The notes: generated from the sequence alone by a model not told the origin. DNA of 63,754 nt from Coriobacteriia bacterium (GCA_009784425.1 WRBR01000001.1:1-63754), one strand, 5' to 3'; positions 8,728 through 17,853 are shown, numbered from the stretch's first letter. Made by a program: numbers and translations.

Positions 8728-10647
8728 GTGATTAATCAGCACTCTCAAAGCCTGCGTTTAAAGCTTGAACCACTTCTCTCCAAGGTAGAGAAGCCTTCAC
8801 GCTATATTGGTGCTGAACTGTTTGGTGAGACAAAAGGGGACGGTTCATGTGTCCTGGTGTTGTCCCAGGACAACACCAGGACACATGAACCGTCCCCTTT
8901 TGTCTCACCAAACCCCGTCCCCCCTGTACCAAACGTCCCCCTGACAAGTCAGCTTGACGTAGCGCTTATTTACCCGGATGTGTATGAAGTAGGCGCTGCC
9001 AATCAAGCTCTGGTGATTCTCTACAACATAGCGCGCCAAATGCAAGGCGTGGGAGTTGAGCGCGCTTATCTGCCTTGGATTGATATGGCAGTACTCTTGC
9101 GTGAGGAAGGTCTGCCGCTTTGCAGCCTGGAAAGCGTGCGGCCGCTTAAGGATTTTGATGTTTTGGGCATCACCTTGGCGCATGAACTCGTTGCCACCAA
9201 TCTCTGCGAGCTCTTTGACCTTGCGGGTATTCCGCTGCTTGCCGCTGAGCGCGGCGAAGGCGTGCCCCTGATTTTAGGCGGCGGCCCCGTTGCCTATAAC
9301 CCAGCTCCCTTTGCCGCCTTCTTTGACGCCATCTGCATTGGCGAGGGCGAAGAAGCCTTTGCCGAGGCGCTGGAGGTGTTGGCGCAGGCTAAAGAGCAGG
9401 GCGCTAACCGCGCAGATCAGCTGCAAGCACTAGCCAACATCACGGGCTTTTATGTGCCCTCCCTTACGCAAAACACGGTTGAGCGCCGCATAGTGCAAAA
9501 CTTTGCCGACTATCCGGTGGTCACCAACCCCCTGGTGCCCTTTATCGAAACCAGCCAAGACCGCTTTTCGGTGGAGATTCTCAGAGGCTGTACGCGTGGC
9601 TGTAGATTCTGCGCAGGCGGCATGGTGAGCCGGCCGGTGCGTGAGCGCTCAGCCGACAGTGTGGTAGCAGCTGCCACTCAAGGCCTGGCTACAACCGGGC
9701 TTTCCGAGGTATCCCTTAATTCACTCTCAAGCACCGATCACAGCCAGATTGACCAAATACTCAGGCGCCTCACCGCTCGCTACCAGGAGACAGATATCAA
9801 GATTGGTCTGCCCTCACAAAGGCTCGACGCCTTTGGGGTTTCTATGGCAACCCTGGTGTGCGGCACCCAGAAAAAGGGCCTGCTCACCTTTGCACCGGAG
9901 GCCGGCACCCAGCGCCTCCGCGATGTCATCAACAAAAATGTCACCGAAGCTGACGTGTTAGGCGCGGTCAGCGCTGCCCACGAAGCCGGATGGCGGCGCA
10001 CCAAGTTCTACTTTATGATTGGTCTTCCTACCGAGACCGACGAGGATATCATCGCCATAACCGAGCTTGCCAACAAAGCCTACAACGCCGCCAAGGATGC
10101 CGTTGAAGACAGCGAGCGCGGCAAGGTGCGCATGAGCCTCTCTGTTGCCGTATTTGTGCCCAAGGCACATACGCCCTTTCAGTTTACCGGCCAGGTGTCG
10201 AGAGAAGAGCTGGATAGAAGGGTGCGCCTGCTTAAGGCCTCGCGCCTGCACAAAGGCATCGACCTGCACTGGCATGACCCTGCGGCCGCCATGATAGAGG
10301 CGGTATTCTCACGCGGCGATGCCCCGCTAGCCGAGCTTGGCATCAAGGCCTGGGAGCTGGGAGCACGCTTTGATGCCTGGAGCGAGCGCTTTAGCCTGGC
10401 AATCTGGCAAGAAGCTGCCGCTGCCTTGGGCGTGGAGCTTTCGGAGCTCGCCGAGCGCTCCTTTGCCGTAGACAAAGCCCTGCCCTGGGACTTTATCACC
10501 GGTGGCGTAAGCCGTGAATTTCTGGCTTTGGAATACCAGCATTCTCTCACCGGCGCCCTCACCCAAGATTGCACCTTGGGACCCTGCAGCAATTGCGGCG
10601 TCTGTGAAGGCACCGTTAAAACAGCATTGGCAGGCAAACGTGGCTGA
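8728..10647 (+). CDS. radical SAM protein (TIGR03960-like, B12-binding-like N-domain), carrying an in-frame palindromic insert near the N-terminus
   Basis: CTRGCRFC (CxxxCxxC) cluster motif. N-terminal KPSRYIG and PDVYEVG motifs are typical of this family. It is followed by its usual DUF2344 partner. GTG start. Confidence 0.88.
   Translation: MINQHSQSLRLKLEPLLSKVEKPSRYIGAELFGETKGDGSCVLVLSQDNTRTHEPSPFVSPNPVPPVPNVPLTSQLDVALIYPDVYEVGAANQALVILYNIARQMQGVGVERAYLPWIDMAVLLREEGLPLCSLESVRPLKDFDVLGITLAHELVATNLCELFDLAGIPLLAAERGEGVPLILGGGPVAYNPAPFAAFFDAICIGEGEEAFAEALEVLAQAKEQGANRADQLQALANITGFYVPSLTQNTVERRIVQNFADYPVVTNPLVPFIETSQDRFSVEILRGCTRGCRFCAGGMVSRPVRERSADSVVAAATQGLATTGLSEVSLNSLSSTDHSQIDQILRRLTARYQETDIKIGLPSQRLDAFGVSMATLVCGTQKKGLLTFAPEAGTQRLRDVINKNVTEADVLGAVSAAHEAGWRRTKFYFMIGLPTETDEDIIAITELANKAYNAAKDAVEDSERGKVRMSLSVAVFVPKAHTPFQFTGQVSREELDRRVRLLKASRLHKGIDLHWHDPAAAMIEAVFSRGDAPLAELGIKAWELGARFDAWSERFSLAIWQEAAAALGVELSELAERSFAVDKALPWDFITGGVSREFLALEYQHSLTGALTQDCTLGPCSNCGVCEGTVKTALAGKRG
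8824..8931. repeat. composite palindromic element, type A (42-nt arms) plus a type-B half-site, inside the radical-SAM CDS
   Basis: GGTGAGACAAAAGGGGACGGTTCATGTGTCCTGGTGTTGTCC / CA / its reverse complement, then AAACCCCGTCCCCCCTGTACCA. 105/108 identical to 23275-23382. Confidence 0.9.
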
Positions 10648-10650
10648 TTT

Positions 10651-10773
10651 GCTTTGGAACAGGGGGACGGGGTTAGTGTTCCAATTTGACCAAGGTCAAA
10701 TTGGAACACTAACCCCGTCCCCCTGTTCCAAAGCAAAAAGCGGGACACCAAGCCCCGTCCCCCTGTTCCAGCC
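10651..10773. repeat. palindromic element type B (41-nt arms) plus an extra half-site, between the radical-SAM and DUF2344 genes
   Basis: GCTTTGGAACAGGGGGACGGGGTTAGTGTTCCAATTTGACC / AA / its reverse complement, followed by ...CACCAAGCCCCGTCCCCCTGTTCCA. Confidence 0.9.
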
Positions 10774-10786
10774 CCCAAAGAGATAG

Positions 10787-11440
10787 GTGATTGTGGCTGA
10801 TTTTCGCTTACGTATAGGCTTTGCCAAGACGGGTGCAGCCATTTGGCTCTCTCACCTGGAGGTGGTGAGAGCTATGGAGCGTTGCCTCAGACGTTCTGGC
10901 CTGCCCTGTGCTATTTCACAAGGCTTTAGCCCTCACCTTAAACACTCCTTCAGTACGGCGCTGCCGGTAGGCACGGGTTCTATCGGCGAGTTCATGGACG
11001 TAGAGCTGTCGCAACTGGTAAACGCAGAGCAGGCATTAGAGGCACTACAGGCTGCTCAGCATGAGTGCCTCCCCATTCTCTCCGCGGAATACGCACCCCG
11101 AGACGAGCCTTCTTTGCAGGTAGAGCTCAATCACTCGGTCTATCACATTGAGCTCGATGACCCTGACGGTACAGTGGTTACTAAACTGGTCAAACGCCTC
11201 TCAGCCCGCCCGGAAGTCACCATCACCAAGAAAGGCAGACCCAGGGTCTATGAACTGAGCAACTACATTGTTGATGCGAGCCTTGACTCCAGCAACAAGC
11301 ACACGGTTGTCCTCAGTCTGCTGAGTCGCCCGGAAGGTTCACTCAGACCTGAGGTTATACTGGAGGCTCTCGCAAGCCCTGACATTGAGCTGAAAATCAA
11401 GGCAATCACACGCACTGCTCTCAAGCATCAAGACCTGTAG
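10787..11440 (+). CDS. radical SAM-linked protein (DUF2344 / TIGR03936-like)
   Basis: 217 aa. LSHLEVVRAMERCLRRSGLP and SQGFSPH motifs are characteristic of the family. Adjacent to the radical SAM gene. Confidence 0.82.
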   Translation: MIVADFRLRIGFAKTGAAIWLSHLEVVRAMERCLRRSGLPCAISQGFSPHLKHSFSTALPVGTGSIGEFMDVELSQLVNAEQALEALQAAQHECLPILSAEYAPRDEPSLQVELNHSVYHIELDDPDGTVVTKLVKRLSARPEVTITKKGRPRVYELSNYIVDASLDSSNKHTVVLSLLSRPEGSLRPEVILEALASPDIELKIKAITRTALKHQDL

Positions 11441-11476
11441 CCATAAGGCACCTTGCACGCTCCGAGGAGGAGAACA

Positions 11477-12160
11477 ATGAGATACGACTGCCTCATAGTG
11501 GATGACGAAGAAGCTCTGGCTCAGTCTACCTGCGAGTACTTCTCCCTGTTTGGAGTCAGTGCCTTTTGGGCCGCTGATAGCGAAACCTGCCTGCAGTTTT
11601 TCAGGGAGCACACCGCCGGCCTGATTTTGCTGGACATCAATTTAGGCAGCTCCTCGGGTTTTGACCTCTGCAAGCAGCTCAGAGAAAAGACCGACATACC
11701 AATACTCTTCATCAGCGCACGGAGAAGCGACGATGACATGCTGCTGGCGCTTTCTATCGGTGGTGACGATTACATCCAAAAGCCCTATTCACTCTCCGTT
11801 TTGCTTGCCAAGGTCAAGGTTGTCTTGGGCCGTTACAGTGCCCAGCCAACGCCACCGCTCACCATTGATGGCATCACTCTTGACGAGCATGCGCACACGG
11901 TGTTTTTGAACGGTAAAAAAGTTGAGCTCAAGATGATGGAATTCAAGCTGCTCAGCTACCTCATGAAAAACCAAGGACGGGTCATAAGCAAAGACGAGCT
12001 ATTCCGAAAGATCTGGGAAGATTCAATCACCGGTGACAACACGCTTAATGTGCATATACGCCGACTCCGTGAAAAACTGGAAAGCGACCCAAACAATCCA
12101 GAATATATACAAACAGTATGGGGAACCGGCTACCGGTTCAAAGGCGAACAATCCTCATGA
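11477..12160 (+). CDS. OmpR/PhoB-family response regulator
   Basis: REC domain (LIVDDEE, LDINLG) plus winged-helix output (TVWGTGYRF). Start moved to the ATG at 11477, preceded by GAGGAGGAG. Confidence 0.92.
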   Translation: MRYDCLIVDDEEALAQSTCEYFSLFGVSAFWAADSETCLQFFREHTAGLILLDINLGSSSGFDLCKQLREKTDIPILFISARRSDDDMLLALSIGGDDYIQKPYSLSVLLAKVKVVLGRYSAQPTPPLTIDGITLDEHAHTVFLNGKKVELKMMEFKLLSYLMKNQGRVISKDELFRKIWEDSITGDNTLNVHIRRLREKLESDPNNPEYIQTVWGTGYRFKGEQSS

Positions 12161-13416
12161 AAATCAGGTATTACCTGCTTGCGCTTTTGGTTGTGGCGCT
12201 TTTGGGCATCGGCAGTGTGTTTTTATTGCCTGCGCCTGAGTACAAGCCAAACCTGACCCAGATAAATGATGTTGCTGCCTTGCTTGCAGAAAACATGGAC
12301 CAGATAAAAAACGACAGGAGCTTATTGCCTGCCAGCAGCTATGACTACGCTGTCATCGATGCGGAAGGAAACCTCATTCAAGCAACAAGAGAAGGGCTCT
12401 CGGAGAGTGTCTATGCGGCGCTGAAGAATGGGGACATCATCGTAGACATAGTGCAAGATGGGCAGCTGGCCGGCAAGGTGATTTTTGCTCACGATGCAAA
12501 AGCCCAGTGGCAAGCCTACCGCACCAAGCTGCAGATTATGGTTGCCGTCATTTTAGTGGTCATGCTCGCTCTAGTTCTCGCGCTTCTTTACACGATGCAC
12601 GCCCAGGTATTGCGCCCCTTTAGGAGCCTCAAGTCCTTTGCCGGAAGGATTGCAGCCGGTGAGCTGGATGCGCCCCTGAAAATGGAAAAGCGCAACCCCT
12701 TTGGCGCCTTTACCGAGAGCTTTGATCTTATGCGCGATGAGCTTAATAGGGCTCGGGCAAACGAGCAGGCCGCCGAGCGGTCAAAGCGAGAGCTGGTGGC
12801 CTCTCTCAGCCACGATATCCAAACCCCCGTTTCATCCATAAAGGCTGTAGCAGAAGTCATGGAGCTTACGGCTGAGCCCGGTGATGCGGAAAAACTCAAG
12901 ACAATACAAGACAAGGCAACGCAGATCAACACCCTGGTCACCGAGCTCTTCCATACCACCCTTGAGGAATTGAACTCGTTGAGTGTGAAGCTGACGGGTG
13001 TTCCCAGTAACCACATTGCTGAGCTGGTTCACGCTTCAGATTATCTGGACAAGGTCAGGGCAGAGGCCTTTCCCGGATGCCTAGTGCAGGCCGACCCGGT
13101 TCGCCTATCCCAGGTGCTGGATAACATCATCATGAACTCTTACAAGTATGCAGATACCGCCATTTGGGTGAGCGCGGAATTGGACGATGGCGGCTTTACC
13201 CTCACGCTCCGAGACGAGGGGCCCGGCGTGGCTGAAGAAGAGCTGCCCCTTCTCTGCTCCAAGTATTTTCGCGGCAGCTCTGCCGAGGCAAAGGATGGAT
13301 ACGGCCTGGGGCTTTTCATAGCCCATCACCTTATTGAGCGCATGGGTGGCCGCCTGGAGTGCTTCAATGTAAGCTCCGGCTTTGCCGTGCGCATCTGGCT
13401 CGGGCTCGATGAATAA
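12157..13416 (+). CDS. sensor histidine kinase (HisKA + HATPase_c)
   Basis: Two TM segments flank a roughly 115-aa extracytoplasmic loop. HAMP-like segment, H-box SLSHDIQTP and G-box GYGLGLFIA. The ATG overlaps the regulator stop (ATGA). Confidence 0.9.
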   Translation: MKIRYYLLALLVVALLGIGSVFLLPAPEYKPNLTQINDVAALLAENMDQIKNDRSLLPASSYDYAVIDAEGNLIQATREGLSESVYAALKNGDIIVDIVQDGQLAGKVIFAHDAKAQWQAYRTKLQIMVAVILVVMLALVLALLYTMHAQVLRPFRSLKSFAGRIAAGELDAPLKMEKRNPFGAFTESFDLMRDELNRARANEQAAERSKRELVASLSHDIQTPVSSIKAVAEVMELTAEPGDAEKLKTIQDKATQINTLVTELFHTTLEELNSLSVKLTGVPSNHIAELVHASDYLDKVRAEAFPGCLVQADPVRLSQVLDNIIMNSYKYADTAIWVSAELDDGGFTLTLRDEGPGVAEEELPLLCSKYFRGSSAEAKDGYGLGLFIAHHLIERMGGRLECFNVSSGFAVRIWLGLDE

Positions 13417-13510
13417 GGGCGCCAGGGGCCAGGGACCAGGGGCTAGAGGCCAGAGGCCAGGGTGGATATTCAACACTTCATCTGAGATAACATTTTGGGG
13501 AGCTTCAAAG

Positions 13511-13529
13511 ATTTAAGGATTATTTAAGG
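13511..13529 (+). promoter_or_regulatory. direct repeat ATTTAAGG-N3-ATTTAAGG (11-bp register) upstream of the ABC transporter genes; candidate OmpR-type regulator binding site
   Basis: Repeats at 13511-13518 and 13522-13529. A possible TAAGAAT -10 box follows 17 nt after the second repeat. Confidence 0.35.
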
Positions 13530-13629
13530 TTCTAGAAAAGACCTGTTAAGAATCAAAATGCCAAAATTGTGCCATGCAGAAGATCCCTGGCTCTCACTCA
13601 GAGCGCCAATAGTCAAAGGAGTGTATAGC

Positions 13630-14388
13630 ATGCACGCACATATCATAGAAACCAACAAGCTTTGCAAGACCTTCTCCTCTGGTGGTCTGCAGCAGCATGT
13701 ACTGCGCAACCTTGACCTTGAAATCGTCGATAAAGAGTTCACGGTTATCATGGGAGCTTCGGGTGCGGGCAAGTCAACCCTGCTCTACGCGCTTTCGGGC
13801 ATGGATACCCCCACGCTCGGTCAGATTAAGTTCAACGGCACCGAGATATCCACCAAAAGCAGCGACGAGCTGGCTCGATTCAGGCGCAGGAATTGCGGTT
13901 TTGTCTTTCAGCAGATTTTTCTCTGCGACAACATGAGCCTGCTTGACAACGTCATGGCGAGCGGCTTGCTCATAAGCAAAAACCGCAAGCAGCTTGCCGC
14001 CAAGGCCTACGGGCTTTTTGAGCAGGTGGGTCTCTCCAACCAGGACTACAAAAAGTTCCCCGCCCAGCTCTCGGGCGGCGAGGCACAGCGAGGTGCGGTG
14101 GTAAGAGCGCTCATCAACGACCCAGCGATACTCTTTGCCGACGAACCCACGGGCTCTCTCAACTCAGCCTCAGGCAAAATGGTTTTGGACCTGCTCACCG
14201 AGGCGAGTCAAAACGGCCAGACCATCGTCATGGTAACGCACGACATCACCTCTGCCCTACGCGGGAGTAGGGTCATCTATCTCAAAGACGGCGTCATCTG
14301 CGGTGAGTGCGCGCTCGGCACCTACGAGGGCGAAGACGAAGGGCGCAAGGCCAAGCTCCGCTCCTTCCTCACCGAGATGGGGTGGTAA
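13630..14388 (+). CDS. ABC transporter ATP-binding protein (BceA/MacB-like)
   Basis: Walker A GASGAGKST, signature LSGGEAQR, Walker B ILFADEPT. Start chosen at the ATG at 13630, behind AAAGGAG. Confidence 0.92.
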   Translation: MHAHIIETNKLCKTFSSGGLQQHVLRNLDLEIVDKEFTVIMGASGAGKSTLLYALSGMDTPTLGQIKFNGTEISTKSSDELARFRRRNCGFVFQQIFLCDNMSLLDNVMASGLLISKNRKQLAAKAYGLFEQVGLSNQDYKKFPAQLSGGEAQRGAVVRALINDPAILFADEPTGSLNSASGKMVLDLLTEASQNGQTIVMVTHDITSALRGSRVIYLKDGVICGECALGTYEGEDEGRKAKLRSFLTEMGW

Positions 14389-14390
14389 TA

Positions 14391-16739
14391 ATGAAACAGC
14401 TCCTTACCATCATCACCGCAAACCTGAAAGGCGGCAAAGGTCAGGTGGCAAGCCTGCTGGGCTTTGCCCTGATCTCGGCACTCCTGTTGAACATTGGCCT
14501 TTTGCTCATGGTTGGTTTTGGCAACTTCTTTGATGAGCGGAGTGAGGCACTCAATGCCCCGCATCTGACGATAATTGAGCTGGAGCACCTCTATGCGGAT
14601 TCGCAGATGCAGTATTTCAACGATTACCCCGGCGTCACGGATGCTGAGAAAGAATCAGCCCTCATGATCTATGCCAAAACGTCTTATGGCGATGGAAAAA
14701 TGTCAGCATTCCTCATTTTACTCAATGAAAAAACGCAACGAGCTATGAATGACTTGACCATTTTAGAGGGCGCAAAACCAGTTGCCGCCAATGAGATCTG
14801 TCTCCCCTTTTTGTTCAAGGCTGGCGGCTACGAGCTGGGCAGCATCTTTGAGTTTACCGTAGGAAACAAAGACTTCAGTTATCGTGTGAGCGGCTTTACT
14901 GAAGAGATTATGTGGGGCTCCATCAACAACACGATCTTTCAGTTGTACCTGTCAAGTGCGGGATTTGCCGCCCTGCAAGAAGACATGCCCGAGGCCGCCG
15001 CCATGACAATCAGAGTCAGGCTGGATAATCCTGACAAGAGCGAAGCCCTGAGAATAAACAGCGTCAAAGAACTCTTCTTTGCCACCAGCGCCGAAGGGTA
15101 CGACTACGGGCATTATTTTGCATTGGATTACAACGGTGTCAAGATGATTCGCACGATGATGTCTAATATCACTGCGATAATACTGGTGGTGTTTGCAGCA
15201 CTGCTCATCTCGATAAGCCTGCTGGTGATTCGCTTTAGGATTCGCAACAGCATTGAGGAGAGCATGCATAACATCGGCGCGCTCAAGGCGGTGGGTTATA
15301 CAGGCAAACAGCTACTCTGGGCACATGTGCTGCAATTCAGCATAATTGCCCTGGTGGGCATTGTGTTGGGCATTGGCTTATCCTACGCGTTGTTGCCTGT
15401 AGTCTCAGGCGTGCTTGAGCAACAAACGGCACTGCAATGGCAGCAGGGATTTGACCTGGGACTCTCAGCCCTTGCGTTTATCTCCATTCTGCTGGCAGTG
15501 GCAGTGGTCACCTGGCTTTCTGCCCGTAGGATTCAAAAGCTGCAGCCTCTTACCGCCCTCAGGCAGGGCCTCTCCACCCATAACTTTAAGCGAAATCATT
15601 TTTCACTGGATAGCTCGCGCGGTGCCCTCACCTGGCTGCTGGCTGTCAAAAGCGCCCTGCATGCCAAGGGGCAGATGGTCATGATTGCCCTGATTGTGAC
15701 TATGGTGAGCTTTGCCGCCGCGGCGGGAGTTGCTGTCTATGACAACCTGGGAGTCAACTCCGGTCACTTTGCTCGCATTCTCTCCGGAGAGATGCCCGAT
15801 GCCGCCGCCACGGCAAGGACCCCCGAGGAGGCTCAAGTGGTATATCGCGTGCTTGAGCAGGATGCCAAGGTACGCAAGGTCTTCTATAAGGAGGACGTCA
15901 GCGTGATGATAGGGGATCTCAGCGTTGTCAGTATTCTCGCCGAGGACTACCGGCAATTTGAAGGCGAGATGCTCTACGAGGGACAATACCCGCGCCACGC
16001 CAATGAGATTGCCATCGGTGGCTCCCTGGCTCGGTACTACAACTTGGAAATCGGAGACAGCGTTAAGGCCGTAAGGGGAAGCAGCTCCTCAGAGTATCTC
16101 ATCACCGGATTTATCCAATTAGTGAATAACGGGGGCATTACCTGCGCCTTGACCATTGAAGGATACCGGCAGCTGCAAAGCGACTACAAGCCAAGCTCGG
16201 TATTTATCTATCTGGTAAACAGCGAGGAGACCGCGGCACTGCTTGCAGACCTTGAGAAAACCCACGGCAAAAGCCTGGAGAGCACGCTGAACATCAAGGA
16301 GCTGGCAGACGCACAGCTCAGCATGTATGGCAGCATCTTCTTTGCCGTGGCGGTGGTACTGGTAGCGGCAACGGCACTGGTCATTGTCTTGGTGCTCTTT
16401 CTCATGATGAAGACCGTAATTTTACGACAGCGGCGCTCGTTGGGTATCCAGAAGGCCTTGGGCTTTACCAGCTTTCAGCTGATGAACCAACTAGCACTCT
16501 ATTTCTTTCCGGTAATTGTGTTGGGCATTACCCTCGGAGGCATCCTTGGGGCTCTCAGTTTTAATCCCATCTTTGTGGCGCTCACGCAGAACATGGGCAT
16601 CATGAGCGCATCCATGCCGGCTCCCATAGGGCCAACCATTGCCACCTGTGTTGGGCTGGCGGTACTAGCCTATGTGGTTGCCATGCTCATCGCCCTACGC
16701 ATCCGCAAGATCTCTGCCTACGCTCTGGTTACGGAATAA
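14391..16739 (+). CDS. ABC transporter permease, FtsX-like, BceB-type (two FtsX modules with a large extracellular domain)
   Basis: About 780 aa with roughly 10 TM segments. Start at ATG 14391, directly after the ATPase stop. Located next to the two-component system. Confidence 0.88.
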   Translation: MKQLLTIITANLKGGKGQVASLLGFALISALLLNIGLLLMVGFGNFFDERSEALNAPHLTIIELEHLYADSQMQYFNDYPGVTDAEKESALMIYAKTSYGDGKMSAFLILLNEKTQRAMNDLTILEGAKPVAANEICLPFLFKAGGYELGSIFEFTVGNKDFSYRVSGFTEEIMWGSINNTIFQLYLSSAGFAALQEDMPEAAAMTIRVRLDNPDKSEALRINSVKELFFATSAEGYDYGHYFALDYNGVKMIRTMMSNITAIILVVFAALLISISLLVIRFRIRNSIEESMHNIGALKAVGYTGKQLLWAHVLQFSIIALVGIVLGIGLSYALLPVVSGVLEQQTALQWQQGFDLGLSALAFISILLAVAVVTWLSARRIQKLQPLTALRQGLSTHNFKRNHFSLDSSRGALTWLLAVKSALHAKGQMVMIALIVTMVSFAAAAGVAVYDNLGVNSGHFARILSGEMPDAAATARTPEEAQVVYRVLEQDAKVRKVFYKEDVSVMIGDLSVVSILAEDYRQFEGEMLYEGQYPRHANEIAIGGSLARYYNLEIGDSVKAVRGSSSSEYLITGFIQLVNNGGITCALTIEGYRQLQSDYKPSSVFIYLVNSEETAALLADLEKTHGKSLESTLNIKELADAQLSMYGSIFFAVAVVLVAATALVIVLVLFLMMKTVILRQRRSLGIQKALGFTSFQLMNQLALYFFPVIVLGITLGGILGALSFNPIFVALTQNMGIMSASMPAPIGPTIATCVGLAVLAYVVAMLIALRIRKISAYALVTE

Positions 16740-16771
16740 GCACATTTGAACCTGACAGAGGGACGTATAAG

Positions 16772-16812
16772 AGCTGAGAGCACAAAGGGACCGTCCCTTT
16801 GTGCTCTCAGCT
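16772..16812. terminator. 20-bp perfect hairpin after the ABC permease gene (GGGACCGTCCC at the apex)
   Basis: AGCTGAGAGCACAAAGGGAC C GTCCCTTTGTGCTCTCAGCT. There is no clear U-tract, so its terminator function is inferred from position only. Confidence 0.5.
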
Positions 16813-16818
16813 TTGTAC

Positions 16819-16976
16819 CTCGCGGCATAGAACCGTGAGTTCGTGTGACAAATGCAGCGAAATGTACGGAAATATCCCCAAATACAACTATAAACCTATA
16901 AAAACAGGCAATAATAAGGAGAAAACCGTACATTTCGCTGCATTTGTCACACGAACTCACGCTTCTATGCCGCGAG
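16819..16976. repeat. MITE-like inverted repeat: 51-bp arms (50/51 complementary) around a 56-nt AT-rich spacer
   Basis: CTCGCGGCATAGAACCGTGAGTTCGTGTGACAAATGCAGCGAAATGTACGG at 16819-16869, with its reverse complement at 16926-16976. Confidence 0.85.
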
Positions 16977-17853
16977 ATGATTGTTGGGCGGATGGAGGAC
17001 CGTCCCTCTGTGCTCCGGAAATCTCCGCAACTACTCCTTTGATATACTCATGATTCTCCTGGTTGTCTGCAACGTAGACATCGCCAGTTGCTCCCAGCCC
17101 AAAACTGGGAAGGTTCGCAGCAACGTTAGAACTAAACAAAAAAAACACTCCCACAAAAGAGCAGATAAGATAGATGATGGGTTCATGCATCAAGAGCGGG
17201 GAGCTGTAGCGTTTCTTTTTGGTGGGAGTGGGGCTTGCTTCAGGGCTGTTGCCGTATTTTGCCTGGCAGGAGCTTGGCTTGCGCCTTCTTGTGAAGAGTG
17301 TGTAGAGCCCCATAAACAGCAGGTATCCCAGAACGGTGCCCAGTGTGTTCATAAGAAGATCGTCAACCGTTGAGCCGCGACGATTGAGAAGTTGGCTTAA
17401 CTCAATGGCAAGTGAAAAAGAAAGTCCTATGAGAGCTACCTTCTTAACTGAGCGAAGCCTGGGCCAAATGAGCGCGAGTAAAAAGCCAAGCGGAATTGTC
17501 ATGTAGATGTTGAGAAGATAGGGAGCAGTGCCAACTATGGTGCCGTCATAGGTGCCAAAGGGAATGAGATGCACCTCGCTCATGCGGATGAGGGTTTCAT
17601 ATCTGCCAATATCCCAGACGGTGCCTACCCCGGTAACTAGATACACAAGCAGCAGGTAAAACAGAAGCACGTACACCCCTGCAAAGTGCTTGGCGGTTAG
17701 AGGCTTCTCCTCGCGATGGTTTGCTTTTCGTAGAAACACAAGCTGAAATACAACACAGAGGATTGTTGCGCAGGCAAACAAATACAGCGTTAGAGGAATT
17801 GAGCTAGACAGCAAATCAAATATCCACCTGAAGATCATTTCAAGAAACTCCAT
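16957..17853 (-). CDS. VanZ-family membrane protein
   Basis: VanZ-like core (PLGFLLALIWPR, SLAIELSQLLNRRGSTVDDLLMNTLG). The last roughly 7 codons and the stop lie inside the right arm of the 16819-16976 inverted repeat. Confidence 0.8.
   Translation of the reverse strand: MEFLEMIFRWIFDLLSSSIPLTLYLFACATILCVVFQLVFLRKANHREEKPLTAKHFAGVYVLLFYLLLVYLVTGVGTVWDIGRYETLIRMSEVHLIPFGTYDGTIVGTAPYLLNIYMTIPLGFLLALIWPRLRSVKKVALIGLSFSLAIELSQLLNRRGSTVDDLLMNTLGTVLGYLLFMGLYTLFTRRRKPSSCQAKYGNSPEASPTPTKKKRYSSPLLMHEPIIYLICSFVGVFFLFSSNVAANLPSFGLGATGDVYVADNQENHEYIKGVVAEISGAQRDGPPSAQQSSRGIEA

Noticed and set aside
10514-10786. ORFs crossing palindromic repeats: 10514-10786, 10179-10778(-), 18025-18327, 22546-22939 (both strands), 23165-23383(-), 26264-26473(-), 28488-28797 (both strands), 32512-32709(-), 40153-40353, 40216-40563(-) and 56529-56933(-).
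   Set aside because: Their open frames follow from the stop-poor palindromic repeat sequence, and mirror-image peptides appear on both strands. They lack RBS or coding context, and several overlap well-supported genes.
12118-14390. Upstream start codons given in the ORF track for the kinase (12118), the ABC ATPase (13558) and the permease (14307).
   Set aside because: The extensions overlap the preceding genes or lack an SD, and they encode Arg-rich or out-of-context peptides. Internal ATGs at 12157, 13630 and 14391 have proper coupling or SD and give canonical N-termini.
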